Below, piece after piece: positions 20,648 to 30,332 of a DNA stretch of 64,000 nt (positions within the stretch are counted from its first letter, which is position 1; every line of letters starts with the position of its first letter). A model generated the notes under the pieces. It was not told where the DNA came from. It was given only the letters and a program-made list of their open reading frames with translations, and made no database searches. This DNA is from an uncultured Poribacteria bacterium. Lineage in GTDB: Bacteria; Poribacteria; WGA-4E; WGA-3G. Position numbers and translations under genes: made by a program. The stretch spans positions 1,472,001 through 1,536,000 of the forward strand of contig CATQHZ020000001.1 of assembly GCA_958296135.2 (NCBI GenBank). The letters are read 5' to 3'.

Positions 20648-20721
20648 GTAGGCGCGGTTTCAAATCGCGCCTATAAGGCAGCTTTGGCTAACGGGCGGAT
20701 ATGAACGACATCAGCCCTTAC
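20648..20721. repeat. REP family B and C hairpins
   Basis: GTAGGCGCGGTTTCAAATCGCGCCTAT and GGGCGGAT...ATCAGCCCTTAC. Confidence 0.75.
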
Positions 20722-20848
20722 AGTCGGGGGCGATGGCCGCAGCGTTGCCGATGCAGGCCGCCCGGAAAAAATTGTCCGATTTCATACTGAAACTTCAGGC
20801 GAGCTGGTTTCCCGACAGAACGATAATGACGAATCTACGGAGAGAAAC

Positions 20849-22171
20849 ATGATTGCACCAAAGACGTTATTGAACGTATTGCGAACAGCAAAAATCTGCT
20901 TTTTGTTCGTCGTTGCGAACACTGCCGCGGCGCAGTGGCTCTTAGTGCCGATGGAGCAAGGCGCGCAAACCAACCATCTCAAGGCGTACGGCCTCACTTA
21001 TTGGGCATTAGAAGCACCGCGTGAATACCGATGCTATTGGTGGCTGAACTACCGTGGCGGCGCGTTTATTCTCCCGGATGTGCCAGACGTGCGCGTGCGC
21101 GCAGCATTCATGGGCGTGCGTTTTGAACCGATGAGCCTTGCCGAATACAACACTATTAAGGATACGGTTCTCCAGAGCAACAACATGGACGAGATTCTGT
21201 TGGAGAAAGCACCGAAGATTGCTGTCTACGCGCCATCGGAGAAATCGCCGTATCGCGACCCGTGGGACGATGCCGTTAAGATCGCGCTGGATTACGCGCA
21301 AATCCCCTACGACGAAATCTGGGACAAAGAGGTGCAGAGCGGTGTCCTCCAAACGCAAGGCTATGACTGGCTGCATCTCCATCACGAGGACTTCACCGGC
21401 CAGCACGGCAAATTCCACGCCGCCTTCTCCACGCAAGTCTGGTATCAGCAGCGCATGTTAATGTTTGAAAAGGCCGCCGCCGAGGCGGGTTTTCGGCGCG
21501 TTGCACGCCACAAGGGACAGACAGCGCAGATGATTGCAGACTACATCGCCAACGGCGGATTTATCTTCGCTATGTGCTCTGCGCCAGAGACGTTGGACAT
21601 CGCGCTCGCAACTGGCGGTGGTGCAGTGGACATCGTTGCGCCTGAATTGGATGGCACGCCAGTAGATGCGAACGGGCAGGCGAGATTGGACTTTCAGCGC
21701 ACACTCGCGTTTGAGAATTTCACACTCTACACCAATCCGTTCCGCTATGAATTTTCGGATATAGACAACCCGCGCCCGGACATGGATGCACAGAGCGGCG
21801 TTGAGGATTTTACGCTGTTTGAATTTGCTGCTAAGCACGATCCGATTCCGACGATGCTCACGCAAAACCATGTCAGCATCGTCCCTGGTTACCTTGGGCA
21901 GACGACATCGTTTAACATGGGGACTATCCGCGGTTCTATTACGATTTTAGGGCAGGTGGAAGGCACCAACTATGCGAAGTATATCCACGGCAAACTTGGC
22001 AAAGGCACTTTCACGTTCCTTGGTGGGCACGATCCGGAGGATTACCGTCACCTCGTTGGCGAGGGGAAAATTCCGACGAATTTGGATTTGCATAAACATT
22101 CGCCGGGGTATCGGTTGATATTGAATAATATCCTGTTTCCGGCCGCGCGTAAGAAGCCGCAGAAGACATGA
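20849..22171 (+). CDS. Conserved secreted protein of the FCB-group family often labelled 'asparagine synthetase B' (function uncertain)
   Basis: QTNHLKAYG, DWLHLHHEDFTGQHGKF, FAMCSA, GGHDPEDY, SPGYRLILNNILFPAA. Confidence 0.7.
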   Translation: MIAPKTLLNVLRTAKICFLFVVANTAAAQWLLVPMEQGAQTNHLKAYGLTYWALEAPREYRCYWWLNYRGGAFILPDVPDVRVRAAFMGVRFEPMSLAEYNTIKDTVLQSNNMDEILLEKAPKIAVYAPSEKSPYRDPWDDAVKIALDYAQIPYDEIWDKEVQSGVLQTQGYDWLHLHHEDFTGQHGKFHAAFSTQVWYQQRMLMFEKAAAEAGFRRVARHKGQTAQMIADYIANGGFIFAMCSAPETLDIALATGGGAVDIVAPELDGTPVDANGQARLDFQRTLAFENFTLYTNPFRYEFSDIDNPRPDMDAQSGVEDFTLFEFAAKHDPIPTMLTQNHVSIVPGYLGQTTSFNMGTIRGSITILGQVEGTNYAKYIHGKLGKGTFTFLGGHDPEDYRHLVGEGKIPTNLDLHKHSPGYRLILNNILFPAARKKPQKT

Positions 22172-22312
22172 CGTTTGCGAAGGTTTGTCCTACGGGCTGT
22201 GGGGTTGTCCCATTTCTGTATTTGAGCTCGCCTGAGTTCAAACAGGGCTGGCTCGTTATTGATTTTCACGGTGGTTTCCATCAAAACGGAATGCCTCTGG
22301 GGGATAAAACGG

Positions 22313-24460
22313 ATGAGGACGATAGTGGCAACGTGCAATCTCAATCAGTGGAGTCTTGACTTTGAAGGCAACACGGCGCGCATTATTGAGTCAATAGAAA
22401 TAGCGAAAGCGCGCGGTGCTCGGTATCGGTTGGGGCCGGAATTGGAAATCACCGGCTATTCCTGCGAAGACCATTTTTTGGAGCAGGATACGCTGCGCCA
22501 TAGTTGGGAAGCCCTTGCTTGCATTCTTGCGGGCGGTTATACGGATGGCATCTTGTGCGATATCGGTATGCCGGTGATGCACAAAAATGTCCGGTATAAC
22601 TGCCGTGTCTTCGTTTTAGATGGCGAGGTGTTGCTTATTCGTCCGAAACTGATCCTTGCAGGCGATGGCAATTATCGCGAGCCGCGCTGGTTTGCCGCGT
22701 GGCAGCACGGTTGGACAACCGAGCCCTATCCGCTTCCCGGCGAGATTGCGGAGATTACCGTGCAAAGCACTGTGCCTATCGGCATCGCCGCTATCGCGTT
22801 AGGCGATACCCTCTTGGCATCGGAGACGTGCGAGGAGTTGTTTGCCCCGCTGAGCCCGCACATCGCCTTTGGCAACGCCGGCGTAGAAATCATCGGCAAT
22901 GGCTCAGGTTCACACCATGAGTTACGCAAATTGGATACCCGTATCGCGCTTATCCGGAACGCAACGGCGAAGAATGGCGGCGTTTACCTCTATGCGAATC
23001 AGCAGGGTTGCGATGGGGGCCGTCTCTATTTTGATGGTTGCGCGCTCATTGCGCAAAACGGCGAAATCCTCGCGCAAGGTTCACAATTCTCGCTTGCGGA
23101 TGTAGAAGTCGTCACGGCGGCGGTGAACTTACACGATGTCCGTTCTTATCGTGGGGCCAAGGCGAGTCGCGCCGTGCAGGCGAGCCAAACGGGGCAGCTG
23201 CCGCAGATTGATGTCGATTTTAAGTTCGCTGAGGTTCGTGGCACGGCGAGGGCCAGGCCCTCGCCCTACGGGAATGAGGAAGTTTGGGGCACGGCGAGGG
23301 CCAGGTCTTTGCCTTACGGGAATAAGGAGGTGCCGCGCTATCACACGCCGGAAGAAGAAATTGCCCTCGGTCCAGCCTGTTGGCTGTGGGATTACCTGCG
23401 CCGTTCGGGTGCAGAAGGTTACTTCATTCCGCTTTCCGGCGGTGCGGATAGCGGTGCAGTTGCGACGCTCGTCGGTTCAATGTGTCAACTCGTCGCGAAA
23501 GCCGTTCGCGAGCGAGAGGCGACGGTTATCGCTGACGTAGAACGGTGGCTGCGAGATAATGAAACGCCTGACGTTTTCGCGGACCCGAGTGTGCTAGCCA
23601 ATCGGCTGCTCTATACTTGCTACCTCGGCACAGAGAACAGTTCCCGCGACACACAGAAGCGCGCCAAACAACTTGCTGAGCAGATAGGTGCGTATCATTT
23701 GGATATCAACATGGACGCGCTCGTTGGTGCCTTGAAAACGCTCTTTACGCGCATCACCCGAAAGACACCGCGTTTCAAAGTGGAGGGTGGGACGCACACG
23801 GAGAATCAGGCACTCCAAAATATCCAGGCGCGTTTGCGGATGGTGCTCAGTTATTTGTTCGCGCAAATGCTGCCATGGGTGCGCAATCGGCGGGGGACGT
23901 TGCTTGTCTTAGGCACCGGTAACGTTGACGAGGCCCTGCGCGGCTACCTCACCAAATACGATTGCAGCAGCGGCGACATCAACCCTATCGGTGGGATTAG
24001 CAAGCGCGACCTGCGCCGATTTTTGGGATGGGCGCAGTGCCACCTCGGTTATACCGCGCTTGGCGAGATTGTGGCGGCACCGCCAACCGCCGAGTTGGAA
24101 CCTATCACCGAGAACTATACGCAGACAGACGAGGAAGATATGGGGATGTCCTATGCCGAATTGAGCCGATTCGGGCAGCTCCGAAAAATGGAGCGGTGTG
24201 GGCCTGTCAGTATGTTTGAAAAATTAGTCGAGGAGTGGGATACCTTGCAGCCGCGCGCGGTCGCGGAGAAGGTGAAGCACTTTTTTACCTATTATGCCAT
24301 CAATCGGCACAAAATGACGACGTTAACGCCATCTTACCATGCCGAGTCCTATTCGCCGGACGATAATCGGTTCGATCTTCGGCAGTTCCTCTATCAGACG
24401 CGCTGGACGTGGCAGTTCCGCCGTATTGACGCGCTCGTGAAGAAATTGGAGGGGCCGTAG
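22313..24460 (+). CDS. nadE: Glutamine-dependent NAD+ synthetase, eukaryotic (NADSYN1/Qns1) type
   Basis: Nitrilase domain ([16 protein letters not shown]), synthetase motifs [32 protein letters not shown]. Confidence 0.93.
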   Translation: MRTIVATCNLNQWSLDFEGNTARIIESIEIAKARGARYRLGPELEITGYSCEDHFLEQDTLRHSWEALACILAGGYTDGILCDIGMPVMHKNVRYNCRVFVLDGEVLLIRPKLILAGDGNYREPRWFAAWQHGWTTEPYPLPGEIAEITVQSTVPIGIAAIALGDTLLASETCEELFAPLSPHIAFGNAGVEIIGNGSGSHHELRKLDTRIALIRNATAKNGGVYLYANQQGCDGGRLYFDGCALIAQNGEILAQGSQFSLADVEVVTAAVNLHDVRSYRGAKASRAVQASQTGQLPQIDVDFKFAEVRGTARARPSPYGNEEVWGTARARSLPYGNKEVPRYHTPEEEIALGPACWLWDYLRRSGAEGYFIPLSGGADSGAVATLVGSMCQLVAKAVREREATVIADVERWLRDNETPDVFADPSVLANRLLYTCYLGTENSSRDTQKRAKQLAEQIGAYHLDINMDALVGALKTLFTRITRKTPRFKVEGGTHTENQALQNIQARLRMVLSYLFAQMLPWVRNRRGTLLVLGTGNVDEALRGYLTKYDCSSGDINPIGGISKRDLRRFLGWAQCHLGYTALGEIVAAPPTAELEPITENYTQTDEEDMGMSYAELSRFGQLRKMERCGPVSMFEKLVEEWDTLQPRAVAEKVKHFFTYYAINRHKMTTLTPSYHAESYSPDDNRFDLRQFLYQTRWTWQFRRIDALVKKLEGP
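23231..23326. repeat. Two 48-nt tandem REP family A units in frame in the nadE linker
   Basis: GGCACGGCGAGGGCCAGGCCCTCGCCCTACGGGAAT x2, encoding [24 protein letters not shown]. Confidence 0.88.
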
Positions 24461-24480
24461 TGTCGCGTAGTTCCCATTAC

Positions 24481-24520
24481 CGTAGGGCGAGGCGTAGGGC
24501 GAAGGGCTGTCCCTCGCCGT
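24481..24520. repeat. REP family A
   Basis: CGTAGGGCGAAGGGCTGTCCCTCGCCGT. Confidence 0.75.
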
Positions 24521-24531
24521 GCTTGTCACTT

Positions 24532-26115
24532 ATGGTTTCCATCGTTTCAGTTGCGTGCTTCTTCTGGCTGGCTTCAGCACACGCCGCGCCCAATCCGCCG
24601 CTGACTCTGGATGGCTGGGTAACCGAGGCCCTCGCCAAATTGGAGACAGATGGCATCACCGGCGGCTTCCATCGTCACACCGCGCCGCTCTCCCGCGCGG
24701 AGGTGGTAGAGATACTGCATCGAGCCGAAGCGCGCATTCAAGCAGGGGTGGTTGTGCCCTCGGAGATAGATAGAAAACTCTTAGTTAAGTTAAAACGCGA
24801 GTTTGATAAAGAACAGCAAGGCTGCCGCCCTGCACAGCACCAGTTATTCCCAACGAACGCATTGCGAACGACAAAAATTTTTCCGCAGTTGCGCGCCACA
24901 AGTGAGAAAATCGCGCCTGCGCTTGAAGGCGCGTTTTATTATCATCAGGGAAACTTGACGCTCTATACCGAATGTGAGGCGCACAATTTTGATGAACCTT
25001 ATCGCGCAGACAATTTTCTATATCCCCCTGTTGCGCAAGGCACATCTGCAGAACAACGTCTTGAACGGTGGCGCGGCGGATATACCGGGAACGTCAAAAG
25101 AGGATATGTGCAGCTGAACATCCCTCTGAACGTAGCGCGGGGGGCTGTCCCTCGCGGTCCCACACTTCATCTTGTTGCAGGCAGGGACTGGATTTTCTGG
25201 GGCGCGAGCCCGCATACGTCTGTGGGCATTTCAGATAACTCGCCACCGTTTGACCAGGTGCGGCTCACCGGCACGTTTGGGAAGTTCAAAGCCACCGCCT
25301 TCACGGCGCAGTTAGATGCAACGTGGAACGATGAGAATATCCGTTACTTGGCGAAACGCTATCTCAGTGGGCATCGGTTGGACTATCAACACAACGATAG
25401 ACTGGAAATCGGCATCGCGGAGTGGGTGCTTTACGGCGGCGATGCACAGACGCTGGATTTCAAATACGCGAATCCGGTCACTTTTTACTACGCCTTGCAA
25501 TACAATGCCAAGACAGACGATAACATCATGTTCGCTTTTGACGTATCCTTCCGTCCCGTTGATGGGTTGCGCCTCTACGGTGAATGGTTAGCTGACGATT
25601 TTCAGTATGTGCCCGGTGCGCAGGACCCGCACGCTGTCGCTTGGCTCTGTGGTGTAGAGTGGTATCCGCAAAAACTCGCGCGCCAACTCGGCATCCATAC
25701 CGAGTACGCCCGCGTCAACCGATGGGCCTATACGCACCTCGTCCCGGATAACCAGTTCACACACTTCGGCGACATGATCGGACATCCCATCGGCACCGAT
25801 GCAGATACACTCACGCTGCGCGGTTCCTATCAGTTCACTGTCTCTACGAAGGCAGAGTTTGCCGCGCGCGTTTCACGCAATGGAGAGGGCACCGTCGCCG
25901 GCCGGTTTTATGGCGAAGATTTCAACGCGTTGCCGTTTCCTACGGGTGTCGTTGAACGCATCACGGCGTTCGGCGGTACGGTGACATATCGGCCGCGCCG
26001 CGCATGGAATGCGCGACTCACTTACGCGTGGCAACACATTCACAATTATCAGCATACCGAGGGGAAAACGCAGCAAGCACACCGGGTATTTCTGCAACTC
26101 GGATATCTGTGGTAG
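24532..26115 (+). CDS. Capsule assembly Wzi family outer-membrane protein
   Basis: Signal peptide, GRDWIFWG, SDNSPPFD, YLSGHRL, YGEWLADD, GHPIGTD; start uncertain because the upstream ORF extension is REP-derived. Confidence 0.78.
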   Translation: MVSIVSVACFFWLASAHAAPNPPLTLDGWVTEALAKLETDGITGGFHRHTAPLSRAEVVEILHRAEARIQAGVVVPSEIDRKLLVKLKREFDKEQQGCRPAQHQLFPTNALRTTKIFPQLRATSEKIAPALEGAFYYHQGNLTLYTECEAHNFDEPYRADNFLYPPVAQGTSAEQRLERWRGGYTGNVKRGYVQLNIPLNVARGAVPRGPTLHLVAGRDWIFWGASPHTSVGISDNSPPFDQVRLTGTFGKFKATAFTAQLDATWNDENIRYLAKRYLSGHRLDYQHNDRLEIGIAEWVLYGGDAQTLDFKYANPVTFYYALQYNAKTDDNIMFAFDVSFRPVDGLRLYGEWLADDFQYVPGAQDPHAVAWLCGVEWYPQKLARQLGIHTEYARVNRWAYTHLVPDNQFTHFGDMIGHPIGTDADTLTLRGSYQFTVSTKAEFAARVSRNGEGTVAGRFYGEDFNALPFPTGVVERITAFGGTVTYRPRRAWNARLTYAWQHIHNYQHTEGKTQQAHRVFLQLGYLW

Positions 26116-26124
26116 TTGCCCCTG

Positions 26125-26151
26125 GTAGGCGCGGTTTGAAACCGTACCTAC
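26125..26151. repeat. REP family B
   Basis: GTAGGCGCGGTTTGAAACCGTACCTAC. Confidence 0.75.
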
Positions 26152-26228
26152 GGGCCCAGTACCGTTAGCACCAGAAACGTAGTCATCAACAACGAACGTC
26201 ATTGCACCAACAAACTTAATCGAACGCA

Positions 26229-26906
26229 TTGCGAAATACAAAAATACGCACCCTTTTCTTCATCATCGCAACGCTAGCCCTCATCGTCTTGTTCAATTCT
26301 GTTATTGACAGCACGTTGGATTTTCGGTTGTTTGCGCTGTCCCCGAAGATTCTCAAATACCGGCGGCCGCTCCAGCAGCATGCCCGGGAACAGAGCCTGG
26401 ATTGGCTATTGGTAGGCGCGCTCATCGTGCAGGAATCTGGGTTTGATGAGCATGCCATTAGTGCTGTCGGCGCGCAAGGATTGGCACAACTGATGCCGGC
26501 GACGGCGAGAGAGCTCGGTGTCCGCGACCCGTTTGATGCAGGGCAGAACATTGAAGGCGCGACAAAATACCTGCGTCAGTTATATGATGCGTTTTCTGGT
26601 GTTGAGCCCGAGGCGCGTATTCGGCTTGCGCTTGCGAGTTACAACGGCGGCAAGGGACGCGTCCGAGATGCACAGGCGATTGTTCGGTATCAGCAGGGGA
26701 ATCCGTTGGAATGGGGAGAGGTTAGCGGCGCGCTCTTTCTGTTGACAGAGGAGGCGGCGCAGTTACACCGCCGCGTGTGGCCAGAGAATGGGAAGCCGCC
26801 GCACCGCTATTTCCAGGGCGCGAACGAGACGCGGGACTACGTTGAGAAGGTGATGCTTTACTATGAGCGGCTCCGATTTTATCGGGGCGTGCTGTTTTTT
26901 CTGTAG
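26229..26906 (+). CDS. Lytic transglycosylase (SLT domain, MltF-like)
   Basis: QESGF catalytic Glu, GAQGLAQLMP, ALASYNGG, ETRDYV. Confidence 0.88.
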   Translation: MRNTKIRTLFFIIATLALIVLFNSVIDSTLDFRLFALSPKILKYRRPLQQHAREQSLDWLLVGALIVQESGFDEHAISAVGAQGLAQLMPATARELGVRDPFDAGQNIEGATKYLRQLYDAFSGVEPEARIRLALASYNGGKGRVRDAQAIVRYQQGNPLEWGEVSGALFLLTEEAAQLHRRVWPENGKPPHRYFQGANETRDYVEKVMLYYERLRFYRGVLFFL

Positions 26907-26980
26907 GGGCTCGGTGCAGTGGCGATAACTCTATGAGATACTAGGAGAACCTACCCTAATCTAGCAGTGTGCATTTTTAT

Positions 26981-27009
26981 TTGCATTCCGCTTGAATTTG
27001 TGGTAGAAT
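26981..27009 (+). promoter_or_regulatory. tnpB promoter
   Basis: TTGCAT-N17-TAGAAT with extended TG; predicted TSS about 27016, at the start of the structured leader. Confidence 0.7.
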
Positions 27010-27015
27010 GTAGTT

Positions 27016-27097
27016 ACCGTTGGGGGCGAGACTGCTAGGCGCGGCTGCCCGCCGTGTCTCTCGCCCCACCTATCTAGCAGAAGGTGACACCCAACGG
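27016..27097 (+). ncRNA. Candidate structured 5' leader RNA of tnpB (three stems plus pseudoknot)
   Basis: P1 CCGTTGG/CCAACGG, P2 GGCGAGA/TCTCGCC, P3 CACCT/AGGTG, pseudoknot CTGCTAGG/TCTAGCAG; same fold at 49838. Confidence 0.6.
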
Positions 27098-27110
27098 GAA
27101 CGGTGATTCT

Positions 27111-28337
27111 ATGGCACTACGAGCCCAGAAGATAGCACTCAAACCTAGCGAGAAACAAGTTGCGATGTTCTGTCGTCACGTGGATTTCGCCCGTGTCGCC
27201 TATAATGCGGCGCACTCGGAATCCCGTGACGCCGCGCGTTGGATGTCTGTCTACGACATTAAGAAGGCATTCAACTCTCGCAAACGTGACGTGTTCCCCG
27301 AATTCGCGGACTGCTCGCAGAACGCTGGTAAGAATGCTATCCACGCCTTTGAGGATGCTCGCCAACGTTGGAAGTCCGGACAGAACAATCGTCCCAAGCG
27401 GAAGACGCATAAATCAAAGCCATCGTTCCAAATTGACAACGGCGTTGGCACTGTCCGTATCACGGCGGATGGTAACGCTGCTGTCCTCCCGAAAATAGGT
27501 CATGTGAGGTTGCGAGAGAAACCACGCTATGTCGGCGAGATTCGCCGCGCCTTCATATCCCGAAAGGCAAGCACCTGGTTTATCAGCATCCTCGTCGAAG
27601 TTGATGTCCCGGAACCGCCCGACACGTCAGCACTGCCCCCTGCAGGTTGTGATGTCGGCATCTCTGCCCTCGCCACAATGGACGATGGCACTGTCTATGA
27701 AAATCCGCGTGCCTTGCGCGTCAATGAACGCAAACTACGCCGTGCAAATAAGGCACTCTCCCGCAAGACGTTCCTGAGCCGCAACTGGTGGAAGGCGAAG
27801 GAACGCCTCGCTCGCCTGCATGCCCGTATCGCAAATATCCGGAGCGATGCCCATCATCAGGCGACACATCGCATCCTGCAAGGCATCTCGGCACTTGGCA
27901 TCGAGAGCCTCACCGTGAAAGGTTTGATGAAAAATCGCAAGCTTAGCAAGGCACTCGCTGACGCAAGCCTCGGTGGTTTTCTCGTCAAACTTAAATACAA
28001 AGCGGTGCGCCGTGGTATCCGCATTGTGTCGGCAGATCAGTTCTGGCCGTCAACACAGCGATGCAGTTCCTGTGGCTACGTCAAACGTGGCGAATTCAAA
28101 CTGACGCTCAAGGACAGAGAATACCACTGCGGTGTTTGTGGATTCGTTGAAGATCGGGATGTCAACGCCGCTATAAACCTTCGACAACTCGCGTCTAGCA
28201 CGGACGAGAGTCTAAACGCCTGTGGAGATGCTGTCACACCTACTTTGGTAGGCTGGCATCAGAACCCGCGTGTGCGCGGAAGAAGCAGGAAACCGCTGAC
28301 CGAACAGAGACTCGTAGACTTTGCACATGGCAGATAA
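27111..28337 (+). CDS. tnpB: RNA-guided endonuclease TnpB
   Basis: RuvC D (GCDVG), E (GIESL) and D (DRDVNAA) intact; CSSCG...CGVCG zinc finger. Confidence 0.93.
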   Translation: MALRAQKIALKPSEKQVAMFCRHVDFARVAYNAAHSESRDAARWMSVYDIKKAFNSRKRDVFPEFADCSQNAGKNAIHAFEDARQRWKSGQNNRPKRKTHKSKPSFQIDNGVGTVRITADGNAAVLPKIGHVRLREKPRYVGEIRRAFISRKASTWFISILVEVDVPEPPDTSALPPAGCDVGISALATMDDGTVYENPRALRVNERKLRRANKALSRKTFLSRNWWKAKERLARLHARIANIRSDAHHQATHRILQGISALGIESLTVKGLMKNRKLSKALADASLGGFLVKLKYKAVRRGIRIVSADQFWPSTQRCSSCGYVKRGEFKLTLKDREYHCGVCGFVEDRDVNAAINLRQLASSTDESLNACGDAVTPTLVGWHQNPRVRGRSRKPLTEQRLVDFAHGR

Positions 28338-28397
28338 GTCTACATTTGACGAGATTCTCATAGGTTATGTAGTGCGGCTTAAACGGACTTTGCATGG
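28188..28397 (+). ncRNA. Predicted omegaRNA (reRNA) scaffold plus guide of tnpB-1
   Basis: Shares GAGAG, TAAACGCYTGTGGAG, TGTCA and GAAGCAGGAA with the second element; subterminal hairpin; guide would be the right flank. Confidence 0.6.
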
Positions 28398-28441
28398 CGA
28401 GGGCCTATAGGGACTGTAGCGCGGGGGCCTGTCCCCCGCGG
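28392..28441. repeat. REP family A-like hairpin
   Basis: GTAGCGCGGGGGCCTGTCCCCCGCGG. Confidence 0.7.
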
Positions 28442-28564
28442 TCGTTCAACGATGATGAATTTCATGATGCTTTCTCTTTTTTGCCATCGCTAGGAAGAAA
28501 AACGTCTTGCAACGGTGTGGCGATGTCCGGTTCCAATTATTTTAACCGATTTGCCTTGGTTTTG

Positions 28565-29038
28565 TCAAGTGCCCAGTTGCGCCAATTTTTCGGCGCGATA
28601 TGCGAAAATCTTTTCGATATCCCGTCTCACGAACAACGCATTTACGATTGAATTTCCCCACACGGCGTATGCCACCTCATCCCCAACGACGGTGCCGCCC
28701 GGTGTCTCAGCGAACGTATGCGTATGCCGCCAGCGACGATAGGGGCCTCGGCGTTGCTCATCAACGAAGTAGGCGTGCCCTCCCGGTTTTGATACGTTAG
28801 CGCGCGGGGGCTCCCATGCGGTTATCTCACTCTGCCAACGGAGGGGGATGCCGCGGAGTTTCAACTGATAGTCAATCAACGTGCCGACTTGCATCGTAAT
28901 CGGTGCTGGTGTCAGCACTTCAAACCGAAGCCATGGCGGTGTAATCGCCGCGAGGTTGTGCGCATCCGAAAAGAACGCGAAGACTTCGGCGATAGGCTTC
29001 TCAATCGTCTGCTGCGTTGTGAAACGGAAGGTTTTCAT
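28565..29038 (-). CDS. SRPBCC family protein
   Basis: VFAFFSDAHNLAAITPPWL, WQSEITAWEPP, FVDEQRRGPYRRWRHTH, IFAYR. Confidence 0.88.
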   Translation of the reverse strand: MKTFRFTTQQTIEKPIAEVFAFFSDAHNLAAITPPWLRFEVLTPAPITMQVGTLIDYQLKLRGIPLRWQSEITAWEPPRANVSKPGGHAYFVDEQRRGPYRRWRHTHTFAETPGGTVVGDEVAYAVWGNSIVNALFVRRDIEKIFAYRAEKLAQLGT

Positions 29039-29070
29039 GGTTTGCACAGGGCGAAGAGAGACATCCACCT

Positions 29071-29400
29071 TTACGATTCTTCTGTCTCCAATTGTGAGAG
29101 CCGTTTGTCCAACGCTTTCTGCTGCTGCTCTACCCGCAGCACGTAAAGCATGAATACCAACCAGATAACGAAGTATGCACCGGCGAGGTATTTGAGACGG
29201 TTCCGTTGCGCCGTTTCTAATTTCGCGACAGCGAGTTGGGTGGCGGCGGTGACTTCCTCTTCATCAACGTTAATTTGTGCTTCGGCGATTGCATCCGACA
29301 CCGCGGTGGATACCTCGTCCGCTGTTAAGGTTACGGGAATCTGGGTTGTTAAAAAGAGCGCGAGAGGAATTAAAAAAGTGGCTAAGATGAGTATTCTCAT
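29071..29400 (-). CDS. CcmD family protein with N-terminal extension
   Basis: C-terminal YLAGAYFVIWLVFMLYV...QQKAL; downstream of ccmC. Confidence 0.68.
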   Translation of the reverse strand: MRILILATFLIPLALFLTTQIPVTLTADEVSTAVSDAIAEAQINVDEEEVTAATQLAVAKLETAQRNRLKYLAGAYFVIWLVFMLYVLRVEQQQKALDKRLSQLETEES

Positions 29401-29425
29401 AAAGGTTTCTCCTAGTGCGATGGCT

Positions 29426-29675
29426 CGCGAGGGACAGGCCCTCGCGCTACGGTTGAGTGGCTATTCTTTCCCGTAGGGCGAGGGCCTGTCCCTCGCCATG
29501 TCTCGGTTCTGGGGAGTTTGCGAGGGCCTGTCCCTCGTGCTCCGGTTGCCGAAAGGCCCTGCAATCGGGACAAGGATGTTCCTCTGCAATCTGTCCCTCA
29601 CAAGCATCGAGACCGGGAGGGCTCTCCTACAAGGGAGGATGTCCCTCCTACTGCAATCTGTCCCTCTTGCTACGG
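29426..29675. repeat. Mosaic cluster of REP families A and D (BIME-like)
   Basis: Several GCGAGGG..CCCTCG hairpins, GAGACCGGGAGGGCTCTCCTAC and repeated CTGCAATCTGTCCCTC. Confidence 0.8.
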
Positions 29676-30332
29676 GCCTGGGACGTTGTGAATCATTTCA
29701 TAGCGGGCCTCTGTCTTCTTCAACTGATACCGCAGCCCTGTGAGGAGGACAAAAAGCAGAATGAACGCGACAAGCGATACCATCCATGTCCACTGCATGG
29801 GCGGTGCGAGGTTCCACTTCGTGCCCCGGTCGGGATGTAATCCGCCTTGCCAGATATCCACGGCGTAGTAGACAATCGGCACGTCGAGGTAGGCGATGAT
29901 GCCGAGTACGGCTGAATAGATTCTGCGTTTGTCCTCTGCGAACGCCGAACGCAAGATAAAGTAGCCGACATACATCAACCACAAGATCAGCGTGCTAGTG
30001 AGTCTCGGTTCCCAATTCCACCACGTATTCCATGCGTACCGTGCCCAAATCGGTCCGGAGAGGAGTGCTATGGTGCAGAAGACGAGGCCGAGTTCAGCGG
30101 CGGCGGCGGCGAGCAAATCGTCTGTCGGTTTGCGTTTGATGAGGTATTTGATGCTCATTACAAAGTTCACGCCGAATGCAACGAAGACGGTGAGTGCGGC
30201 GGAGACGTGGAAGTAGAAAATCTTCTGGACTTCCAGCATGGTGCTTTCAATCGGTGCGTACCCGAAGACGAGATAAAGTGAGATGAAAAGTAGGGTTGCG
30301 GTAAAAATCGTGATAATTTTCATGATATCCAA
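29670..30332 (-). CDS. ccmC: Heme exporter / cytochrome c biogenesis protein CcmC
   Basis: IFYFHV, GPIWARYAWNTWWNWEPRLTS tryptophan-rich motif, LHP. Confidence 0.9.
   Translation of the reverse strand: MDIMKIITIFTATLLFISLYLVFGYAPIESTMLEVQKIFYFHVSAALTVFVAFGVNFVMSIKYLIKRKPTDDLLAAAAAELGLVFCTIALLSGPIWARYAWNTWWNWEPRLTSTLILWLMYVGYFILRSAFAEDKRRIYSAVLGIIAYLDVPIVYYAVDIWQGGLHPDRGTKWNLAPPMQWTWMVSLVAFILLFVLLTGLRYQLKKTEARYEMIHNVPGP

Larger units (their letters stand above)
26915..28377 (+). mobile_element. Non-autonomous IS607-type element carrying solo tnpB
   Basis: GG dinucleotide at both junctions (26913-14, 28376-77); imperfect inverted ends ATAACTCTATGAGA / TCTCATAGGTTAT; no tnpA. Confidence 0.75.

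Noticed and set aside
28378-28405. tnpB-1 guide targeting genome-wide REPs
   Set aside because: The REP-matching part (GCATGGCGAGGG) is distal; the TAM-proximal seed CTTAAACGGACTT was not seen elsewhere in the window.
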